From the NCBI RefSeq assembly GCF_000023965.1, contig NC_013202.1:3030001-3062000 (forward strand): a DNA stretch of 32,000 nucleotides. The letters run 5' to 3'. Positions within the stretch are counted from its first letter, which is position 1, and the number at the start of each line of letters is the position of its first letter. Source of the stretch: Halomicrobium mukohataei DSM 12286. Its GTDB lineage: Archaea > Halobacteriota > Halobacteria > Halobacteriales > Haloarculaceae. Shown here piece by piece: positions 8,355-15,432 of the stretch. A program made the position numbers and the translations under genes. The notes under the pieces are model-generated. The model was not told where the DNA came from. It saw only the letters and a program-made list of their open reading frames with translations, and did no database searches.

Positions 8355-8933
8355 CTACTCGGCGTCGGATTCGAGTTCGGTACTGGTGGTTCCGCTGTCG
8401 GCCGCTCTTCGGGCCGTCGTCTGCTCCCCGCCAGCGGCGAGGTCGGCCTCGATCTGGTCTCCGGCCGACGCGACCGCGTCGTCGGCCTCGGCCAGCAGTG
8501 CCTGCAACCGGCGCTCGTACTCGACCTCCGTGATCTCGCCGTCGACGTAGCGCTCTTTCAGCCGCTCGCGCCTGGTCTCCGTCGAGACGGCGAAGCGGTC
8601 GGCGAGTGCCAGTCGAGACAGCGGCGGGACGATTCGCTCGGCGCGTTCGAAGCCGTCGGCGACACGGTCGTTCTCGGGCAGAGAGGGCAGCGACGCCCGG
8701 CGTGCGAGGGTGACGAGAAAGGCCAGTGCGAACGCGACGTCTGCGGCGACCAGGAGGGCAGCGATCGACAACACGAGCGCCACGTCGCCCAGCACGGCAC
8801 CGAGACCGGCACCGCCGGCCAGTCCGGCGAGGACCGCGACCAGCCCGACACCGACGGTCCCGACGGCGAGGACCGTCGTCACCGCGACGAGCGCGAGCAA
8901 CAGCCAGTGGCGATTGCGGCTAAACCAGGACAC
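8355..8933 (-). CDS. Membrane protein with a C-terminal SHOCT-like domain
   Basis: Two or three TM helices, followed by RRERLKERYVDGEITEVEYERRLQALL (SHOCT-like). The ORF track starts at ATG 9041. I prefer the in-frame GTG at 8933 (VSWFSRNRHWLLL...) for two reasons: the 36 upstream codons are Arg/Ser-rich, and a TATA-like box (8955-8962) lies 22-29 nt upstream of that GTG. Confidence 0.65.
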   Translation of the reverse strand: MSWFSRNRHWLLLALVAVTTVLAVGTVGVGLVAVLAGLAGGAGLGAVLGDVALVLSIAALLVAADVAFALAFLVTLARRASLPSLPENDRVADGFERAERIVPPLSRLALADRFAVSTETRRERLKERYVDGEITEVEYERRLQALLAEADDAVASAGDQIEADLAAGGEQTTARRAADSGTTSTELESDAE

Positions 8934-8954
8934 GGGCGGGCTTGGAGCGGCGGC

Positions 8955-8962
8955 GATAAAAA
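8955..8962 (-). promoter_or_regulatory. TATA-like box (minus strand tttttatc) upstream of the GTG at 8933
   Basis: Its position supports the shorter, leaderless start of the SHOCT-domain gene. Confidence 0.4.
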
Positions 8963-9060
8963 CGCGCGGTGACAGCGTCGTACGGATCGCTGTCGATCGG
9001 TACCGGATCGACCGCACGACTGCACGCGATCGACCGGGCAAGCGGCGACGAGACTCCGGA

Positions 9061-12000
9061 TCACTCCGCTTCGGGCTCGTCGTCGAACAGCCGTCGCATG
9101 ACTCGCTGTTGGCCCAGTCGGAGGTGGCGGTTGACGGTCGGCTGGGACACGTCGAGCATCGCCGCGAGTTCCTGGCCGGTCGTGTCGCGCGGCCAGTTGA
9201 AGAACCCCGAGAAGTAGCCCGTCCGGAGAACCTCCCGCTGGCGGTCCGTCAACGCCCCCAGGATCGACTCGGCGAGCGCGGGGTCGGACTCCGGAGAGCG
9301 TGCGCGTTCGCGTCGGCTGACCAGTTCGACCGTGCCGTCGTCGGTGAGCGTCTCGACGAACGAGCGCACGTCCACCGAGGTCGGCACGTCGACCTCGATG
9401 TCGATGCCGGACCCCTCGGCGGCGATCTTTCGCACTCGCCCGCCCTGCCGGGCGAGTCGAGCGAGGACCGTCTCGCCCCGGATCGTCACCTCGAACACGC
9501 CGCCGTCCTCGCTCTCGGAGACGAGGTGGTGGTCGGCGATCGTATGCCGATCGGCGAGCAGCTCCGAGACGGTCGCGGGAGCACAGCCACTCACCCGGAC
9601 GAACAGTCGAGTCTCGTCGGACGAAACGGTACCCACGCCCTCGTAAGTGACCGTACAGCCGCTCTCGAACGCGATGTCGAGCAGCGGGTCCGTCGTGTCC
9701 TCGACGCACAGTTCGAGCGCGGTCAGCGTGTCGGCGTTGAGCGCCTGCCGGGTCGTGATGCTCGTGATCGCGTTGGCGATGCTCGTCCCCAGCTCCGCGA
9801 ACACGGCTGTCTCGAACTCGCCGAACACGTCCGGCTCGTCGGCGTACACCGCCAGCACGCCGTACTGGTAGTCGTCGAGCGAGACGGGGACCGCGAGCGC
9901 CGACTGGTGACCCACGGCGAGTGCCGCTCGTCGCCACGCCGCCTGCTGGACGTTCTGGGCGATGTTCGAGACCGCGACCGGCTCGTCGTCCACCGCCGCC
10001 GAGACGGCCGGGTCGGAGTGCGTCGCCGAGCGGTCGAACGAGGGCGTGTCCAGATACGACTCGCCCTCACCGGCCCACGCACGGGCCTGGAGCGTCTCGC
10101 CGCCGGAATCGAACGACCCGATCCAGGCGAAGGAGATGTCCTCGTCGTCGACCAGCCGCTCGCACACCGCCGCTTCGAGCTGGTCTCGATCGGTCGCACC
10201 GATGAGGGTCTGATCGACGGAGCGGATCGTCTCGTTGGCCCGGATCTGGCGTCTGAGCCGCTCGTTCTGGGCCTCGATCTCGGCCTCGCGCTCGCGCAGC
10301 GTGGCCTCGCTTTCGAGTCGCTCGAAGGCGGCCGCCGCGGTCGCGACCAGCGTCTCGACGAGGGAACGATCTCTCTCACCGATCTCGCCGGCCTCGTCGA
10401 GTGCGGCGAAGACGCCGTGGCTCCCGATCGGCACCACGATGCCGGTGTCGACCGCGTCGACGAAAAGGCCCGACTCGCCGCTGGTGTCGACGCCTTCGAG
10501 GACGCTCTGGGTCCCGGTGACGTAGGCGTGCCAGAGGAACGACTCCGTCCCCGGCCCGACGGCATCCGGCTCGCCGCCACAGAGCGCTTCGAAGCCCGGA
10601 GACACCGAGGCGGGTTCGAGCAGGTTCGTCGTCTCGTCGTACAGGTAGATCCCGACCGCTGCCTGGTCGAGCAGCGATGCGGCCGTGTCGACGATCAACC
10701 GGGTGGCGTCGTCGATCGACTCCGTCGTCAACAGCCCGCGCGCCGAGTCGTGGAGCGACTCCAGCGCGAGTTCGCGTTGCTTCTGTGCGGTGATGTCCTG
10801 GACCGAGCCCCTGATCTCGACGACAGTGCCGTCTTCGAGAACCGGCTCTCCGATGGTGTGGACCCACCGCTGGGTGCCGTCGGGAGTGTCGAGTCGCAGT
10901 TCCTGCTCCCACCCGATCCCGTGGTCGAGCGCGCGCTCGATGGCGTCGCGGTGTCGCTCCCGATCGTCGGGGTGGTAGAACTGGGGCATCGCCTCCACCG
11001 AGCGGGCCTCGTCGTCGGCCAGCCCGAAGATGTCGAACAGTTTGTCGGTCCACGTGGTGTCGACGGCCGCGCCGTCCTCGACGACCGCCGCCCAGCCGCC
11101 GATCGCCGCCATCTCTTCGGCTCGCGAAAGCAGGTCCGTCGTGCGTTCGAGCTGGCGCTCCCGGCGCTTTCGCTCGCTGATGTCTCGCCCGATTCCCGCG
11201 ACGAGCTGGTTCCCGTCCGGGTCTTCGAGAGCGACGGCGACGAACTCGTGTGGGACCTGCTCGCCGTCTTTGGTCAGGTAGGGAACCTCGACCACCGCGT
11301 CACCGGTCGCTTTCGTCTCTTCGATCGCCGCCTCGATCTCGCTGCGGTGTTCGGGCGCGAAGAAGTCCGTCGCGTGCATCGATTCGATCTCCGCGTCCGA
11401 GTAGCCCGTCACCTGCGTGTGTGCGCTGTTCCAGCGCTGGAGGGAGCCGTCCTCGTCGAGGACGTAGAACACGTCGTCGACGGCGTCGAGGATGTCTTCG
11501 GTGAACTCCCGGTAGCGGTCGAGTTCGCGCTGGTGTTCCCGGAGCTGGCGCTCCTGGCACTTGCGCTCCGTGATGTCCTCCATGACGGCCATGATCCCGG
11601 TGATCTCGCCGTCGACGTCTCGCAGCGGGGCCGCCGAGAGGCTCACGTCGATCAGTGTGCCGTCCGTGCGGCGTCGTCGCGTCTCGACGCTGCTGATCGA
11701 CTCGCCGGACAGCAGCCGCTCGCGGAACGCGTCGAACTCGGACTCCCTGTCGGCCGGGACGAACGGCAGCGTGTCGCCGACGACCTCCGACTCGCTCCAG
11801 CCGAAGATGCGCTCGGCGGCGGGGTTCCACAGCTCGACGACGCCGTCCGGGTCGGTCAGAATGAGGGCGTCGGGCGAGGCGTCGATGAGCGTGTTGAGCC
11901 GCTCGTTGGTCCGGCGAAGCTCGCGCTCGCGTGCCTTGCGATCGGTCACGTCGGTGACGACGCCCTCCAGGGCTCGGACGGTCCCGTCGTCGTCGTAGAT

Positions 12001-13830
12001 ACCGACGCCGCGTTCCCACAGCCACCGACGCTGCCCGTCGGCGGTCTCGATCGGATAGGTGACCTCGAACTGTTCGTGTTCGTCGACAGCGCGCTGGACC
12101 GTCTCCCACAGCTCGTCGTTGTCGCCGACGATGATGTCTTCGGCCCAGTTGACCGCCCCGCTCCGGATCGCCGCTGGCTCGTACCCCGTCAGCTCCCGGC
12201 ACCCGTCGCTGACGAACTCGAAGGGCCAGTCGGGTTCGTTTCGACAGCGATACACCATCCCCGGGAGGTTGCTCATCAGGGTCGCGAGCTCGCGCTTGCG
12301 CTCACGCAGCTTTCGTTCGCGTGCCTGTCGCTCGGTGATGTCCTTGCTGATCCCCATGACGCCGATGATCTCGCCCGACTCGTCTCGGTACGGGTACTTG
12401 TTGTCGAGGAAGGACCGGCGCTCGCCGTCGATCTCCGCCGTCGTCGTCGTCGTCACGGTTTCGCCCGACGACAGGACGTTGCGGTCCTCCGAAATGAGCG
12501 CCTCGGTGGTCCCGCTGTCGAAGAGTTCGTCGTCTCGCTTCCCCAGAATCTCCGCCGGCTCGCGGTCGAACAGCTCCGCAGTCGCCTCGTTGACGAACTG
12601 GTAGACGCCGTCCGAGTCCTTGATGTATATCTGGTTGGTCGTGTTCTGGACGATCGCCTCCAGCTTCCGTTCGTGTTCCTTTCGCTCGGTGACGTACTGC
12701 GTGACGCCGATCAGCCCACACACCTCGCCGTCGGGTCCTCGCCAGGGCACTTTGGAGGAGACCACCCACTCCTCTGCCACGGGATTGTACTCCTCTTTCC
12801 CGATGATCGGTTCGCCCGACTCGATGACCTGCATGTCGTCGGCGTAGGTCTGTCGGGCCAGCTCCTCGTCGTAGATGTCGAGGTCGGTCTTGCCGCGGTA
12901 CCACTCCTCGTCGTCCGGGAACTCCGTCACCCGGTCGGAGACCGACTTGCGGAGGTGTCTCCCCGCCTCGTCTTTGACGTACAGGGAGACGGGCAACTCC
13001 TCGAACAGGGAATCGAGCATCGAGGCGTGTCGCTCCAGCGTCTCCATCCGTTCGCGGCGCTCGACGGTCTGGCTGATCCACCGACCCACGAGATCGACGA
13101 AGGCCTTCTCTGCGTGGCTGAACGGACGCTCTCGGGGCTCCGGGCCGACGAAACAGAGCGTCCCGTACAGTTCCCCATCGACGAGTAGCTTCGAGCCGAT
13201 GTAGCTGCGCACGTCCGAGTCCGCGTACTCGGAGTCGTCGAGGTCGCTCGCCGCGGCCGTGTCGGCGATACCGAGCACGTCGTCGGACGTGATCGTCCGA
13301 CGACAGAGCGTCTCGGAGAGGTCGAACACGCTCTCCTCGGCGACGAGCGGGCCGGTCGCCCGCTCGATCTCGTAGCGCCCGTCGGCCTGGTCGATCTGTG
13401 CGATGAAGCCGGTCTCGACCCCGAGTCGCTCACAGCCCAGTTCGAGCAGCCGGTCGAGTTTCGCGTCGTCGTCGAGCGCCGGATCGCTCGTGATCTCGTA
13501 GATCGAACGGCGAAACGCCTCGTCGGTCTGGTCCTCGGCGTCGGTCGCAGTGACGAGGTCGTCGATCGCGTCGTACAGCGCACCGATCTCGTCGTCGCGG
13601 TCGGTCGTGAACGTGACGTCGTCCGCGCCGGCTGCCACGCGACGCACCTTCTCGGTCAACTGTGCGATCGGATCGTCGGCGTCGCCCCGGACCGCCAGGC
13701 CGACCAGTCCGGTAAGCACGAACGCGATCGAGAACGTGTCAAACCCCGTCACGCCGCCGGAGACCGAGAAGAACCACTCCCCGCTGGCCGCCCCGACGAA
13801 CGGGACCACGTCGTGCCAGAGTGAGATCAT
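9061..13830 (-). CDS. Giant (1589 aa) membrane-anchored one-component regulator: TM/HAMP - GAF - about six PAS - GAF - GAF - Bat-type HTH_10 DNA-binding domain
   Basis: The N-terminus has hydrophobic segments, then HAMP-like PIAQLTEKVRRVAAGADDVTFTTDRDDEIGALYDAIDDL (about nt 13546-13683). PAS units recur and each ends in a D(I/V)(T/S)ERK..RE..L linker: YVTERKEHERKL, DITERQARERKL, DVTDRKARERELRR, DITERKCQERQLRE, DISERKRRERQLER, DITAQKQRELALE. The C-terminus is LTDRQREVLRTGYFSGFFNWPRDTTGQELAAMLDVSQPTVNRHLRLGQQRVMRRLF (HTH_10, about nt 9064-9252). No histidine-kinase domain is present. A TATA-like tcattatc (complement of 13852-13859) lies 22-29 nt upstream of the ATG. Confidence 0.9.
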   Translation of the reverse strand: MISLWHDVVPFVGAASGEWFFSVSGGVTGFDTFSIAFVLTGLVGLAVRGDADDPIAQLTEKVRRVAAGADDVTFTTDRDDEIGALYDAIDDLVTATDAEDQTDEAFRRSIYEITSDPALDDDAKLDRLLELGCERLGVETGFIAQIDQADGRYEIERATGPLVAEESVFDLSETLCRRTITSDDVLGIADTAAASDLDDSEYADSDVRSYIGSKLLVDGELYGTLCFVGPEPRERPFSHAEKAFVDLVGRWISQTVERRERMETLERHASMLDSLFEELPVSLYVKDEAGRHLRKSVSDRVTEFPDDEEWYRGKTDLDIYDEELARQTYADDMQVIESGEPIIGKEEYNPVAEEWVVSSKVPWRGPDGEVCGLIGVTQYVTERKEHERKLEAIVQNTTNQIYIKDSDGVYQFVNEATAELFDREPAEILGKRDDELFDSGTTEALISEDRNVLSSGETVTTTTTAEIDGERRSFLDNKYPYRDESGEIIGVMGISKDITERQARERKLRERKRELATLMSNLPGMVYRCRNEPDWPFEFVSDGCRELTGYEPAAIRSGAVNWAEDIIVGDNDELWETVQRAVDEHEQFEVTYPIETADGQRRWLWERGVGIYDDDGTVRALEGVVTDVTDRKARERELRRTNERLNTLIDASPDALILTDPDGVVELWNPAAERIFGWSESEVVGDTLPFVPADRESEFDAFRERLLSGESISSVETRRRRTDGTLIDVSLSAAPLRDVDGEITGIMAVMEDITERKCQERQLREHQRELDRYREFTEDILDAVDDVFYVLDEDGSLQRWNSAHTQVTGYSDAEIESMHATDFFAPEHRSEIEAAIEETKATGDAVVEVPYLTKDGEQVPHEFVAVALEDPDGNQLVAGIGRDISERKRRERQLERTTDLLSRAEEMAAIGGWAAVVEDGAAVDTTWTDKLFDIFGLADDEARSVEAMPQFYHPDDRERHRDAIERALDHGIGWEQELRLDTPDGTQRWVHTIGEPVLEDGTVVEIRGSVQDITAQKQRELALESLHDSARGLLTTESIDDATRLIVDTAASLLDQAAVGIYLYDETTNLLEPASVSPGFEALCGGEPDAVGPGTESFLWHAYVTGTQSVLEGVDTSGESGLFVDAVDTGIVVPIGSHGVFAALDEAGEIGERDRSLVETLVATAAAAFERLESEATLREREAEIEAQNERLRRQIRANETIRSVDQTLIGATDRDQLEAAVCERLVDDEDISFAWIGSFDSGGETLQARAWAGEGESYLDTPSFDRSATHSDPAVSAAVDDEPVAVSNIAQNVQQAAWRRAALAVGHQSALAVPVSLDDYQYGVLAVYADEPDVFGEFETAVFAELGTSIANAITSITTRQALNADTLTALELCVEDTTDPLLDIAFESGCTVTYEGVGTVSSDETRLFVRVSGCAPATVSELLADRHTIADHHLVSESEDGGVFEVTIRGETVLARLARQGGRVRKIAAEGSGIDIEVDVPTSVDVRSFVETLTDDGTVELVSRRERARSPESDPALAESILGALTDRQREVLRTGYFSGFFNWPRDTTGQELAAMLDVSQPTVNRHLRLGQQRVMRRLFDDEPEAE

Positions 13831-13915
13831 GTGTCTAAGTTAACAACGGACGATAATGACTTGCAGGGGTCACGCGGACGAGCCCGCGCGTCGCAGTCGA
13901 ACACTGATACGGACG

Positions 13916-13979
13916 GTTGTAGGCGTTTACCCAGTCGACCACACGACGGCGTGCGGTCGATCTGGTAAAGACCTACAAC
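13916..13979. repeat. 64-nt extended imperfect hairpin / inverted repeat in the divergent intergenic region
   Basis: The outer arms gttgtaggcgtttacc (13916-13931) and ggtaaagacctacaac (13964-13979) pair at 14 of 16 positions. The inner stem tcgaccacacg/cgtgcggtcga (13935-13960) has one mismatch and a 4-nt loop. Confidence 0.5.
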
Positions 13980-14048
13980 TTTCCGTATGAGAGGGTCCCG
14001 CGACACCGGCAGTGAAACCACACGGCGGAGCCGGGGCGACGGCGAGAC

Positions 14049-14062
14049 GCTATATGTATAGC
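14049..14062 (+). promoter_or_regulatory. Palindromic TATA-like element gctatatgtatagc upstream of the HalOD1 operon
   Basis: It is the only strong TATA-like sequence in the 305-bp spacer on the HalOD1 side. It lies about 75-85 nt upstream of the ATG at 14136, which implies a leadered mRNA if it is used. Confidence 0.35.
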
Positions 14063-14135
14063 CCAGAGACACCGCTGCCACGAATACAGTTCTAGGGGAA
14101 GCCAAAGGAGACAGCGGGCTACGTTTCAATCAGAA

Positions 14136-14384
14136 ATGACGACCACATCCGTGAAACGCCACGCGCAAACACCGTCGCTGCGCGTCGTCGACGCAGTTGC
14201 AGCCGAAACCGACACCGATCCGACCGAACTCACGCCGCTTGGCACAGTCATCGACGCCGACGCGCTCGACGCACTCGTCTCGTCTGCCGGCGACCTCTCC
14301 GTGAACTTCGAGTACGAAGGTTACCGAATCTCGATCGACAGCGACGACCAGCTCGCGCTCGAACCGCTGTCGGAGGAGATCTGA
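14136..14384 (+). CDS. Stand-alone HalOD1 (halobacterial output domain 1) protein
   Basis: 82 aa: PSLRVVDAVAAETDTDPTELTPLGTVIDADALDALVSS...VNFEYEGYRISIDSDDQLAL. This matches the HalOD1 pattern as I remember it (v..vA..eg.dP.eL.PL...iDpDALd.L....v.F.Y.Gy.v.v). Confidence 0.8.
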   Translation: MTTTSVKRHAQTPSLRVVDAVAAETDTDPTELTPLGTVIDADALDALVSSAGDLSVNFEYEGYRISIDSDDQLALEPLSEEI

Positions 14385-14386
14385 GG

Positions 14387-14542
14387 ATGTCGACGAACGA
14401 ATCGACACAGGCCGACGACGAGCAGATCCGCGAAACCTACGAGGAGTACGTCATCCGAGGCGAGAGCGTCGCGATGATCGCGGATCCCGAGCGCACCCAC
14501 GCCTGGATCCAGTCGGACGTGACCGTCGAAATCGAGCAGTGA
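14387..14542 (+). CDS. 51-aa acidic microprotein (not in the ORF track, which omits ORFs this short)
   Basis: MSTNESTQADDEQIRETYEEYVIRGESVAMIADPERTHAWIQSDVTVEIEQ. Its ATG starts 2 nt after the HalOD1 stop, and its TGA overlaps a GTG (14539) in the frame of the next gene. The composition is typical of halophile proteins. Confidence 0.5.
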   Translation: MSTNESTQADDEQIRETYEEYVIRGESVAMIADPERTHAWIQSDVTVEIEQ

Positions 14543-14589
14543 ACCCACCGCCGTGTCGTCCCGGCCAGTCCAGCTCGACAGATCCACCA

Positions 14590-15357
14590 ATGGACACGAC
14601 CACCGAGACGCTAGTTCGGCCCACGAGCGCGCGACCGGCGACAGCCCTCTGTGTCGACGACGACCGCGAGTACCTGTCGGCGATCGAACGAGCCTTCGAG
14701 GATCGCGACGAGCTCCAGATTCGCGTCGAGACCGACCCATCGGCCGTGCCCGACCGGCTCGACGGCGTCGAGTGTCTGGTCAGCACCGTCCGACCCGACG
14801 GCCCTGACGGGCGCTCGCTGCTGAGAGCGGTCCGGGAAGTCGCCCCGAACGTCCCGTTCTTGTTTCACTCGGCCGTCCCCTTCGAAGAGATCGATCGGGA
14901 CGCCCTGTGGGACGGTCCGACGGACTACCTCGAAAAGGGCTCGGGCGACTCCCACATGGCACTCCTGGCGTATCGCATCGGCCGACTCGTCGGGCAACAC
15001 CGCCTGACTGCGAGCGCGCGGCGCTGTCACGAGGCCCTCGAAGCGAGCCGCGAGGCCACGCTGATGGTCACGCCAGACGGTGCGGTGACCTTCGCCAACA
15101 ACCGACTCGCGACGGAACTGTCCGCGTCGCCGGCCGAGCTGCGCGGCCGAGAGTGGACCGAGCTGCTATCGGAGGCGTCCATCCAGCGACTCCGGACAGA
15201 GGCGTTCCCCGTCGCCGCCGACGGGTGGAGCTGGACCGGACAGACGACGCTCGCTACCGACACCGACGAGCCGAGCAGTTCGCGGACGACGCTGTCGACG
15301 CTCGACGACGGGAGCGCGATCCTGGTGTTTCACGAACTGGATCGGACCGACGAGTAG
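14590..15357 (+). CDS. Receiver-like (pseudo-REC) plus PAS domain protein with no output domain
   Basis: The REC-like N-terminus has LCVDDDREYL (acidic pocket), FLFHSA (Thr/Ser position) and DYLEKG (Lys position). A PAS-like segment follows (LEASREATLMVTPDGAVTFANNRLATELSASPAELRGREW). The ATG at 14590 is preferred. GTG 14539, which overlaps the upstream stop as GTGA, is an alternative start. Confidence 0.75.
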   Translation: MDTTTETLVRPTSARPATALCVDDDREYLSAIERAFEDRDELQIRVETDPSAVPDRLDGVECLVSTVRPDGPDGRSLLRAVREVAPNVPFLFHSAVPFEEIDRDALWDGPTDYLEKGSGDSHMALLAYRIGRLVGQHRLTASARRCHEALEASREATLMVTPDGAVTFANNRLATELSASPAELRGREWTELLSEASIQRLRTEAFPVAADGWSWTGQTTLATDTDEPSSSRTTLSTLDDGSAILVFHELDRTDE

Positions 15358-15432
15358 CGTAATCGAGCACGCGCCCGACGGACAGATTCCGGACGAGCAG
15401 CGACTGCAGAACGCGATCCCGAGACGCGTCGA

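Noticed and set aside
8710-13188. 1492-aa plus-strand ORF, the longest on that strand
   Set aside because: It is exactly antisense to the PAS/GAF/HTH gene. The translation is Arg/Val/Gly/Asp-rich, has no motifs and is non-halophilic in character. Such mirror ORFs are expected in about 67% GC DNA, where stop codons are rare.
13827-14129. 100-aa minus-strand ORF filling the 305-bp spacer
   Set aside because: It is basic and Ser/Pro/Arg-rich (non-halophilic), overlaps the promoter elements and hairpin, and overlaps the start of the giant regulator gene.
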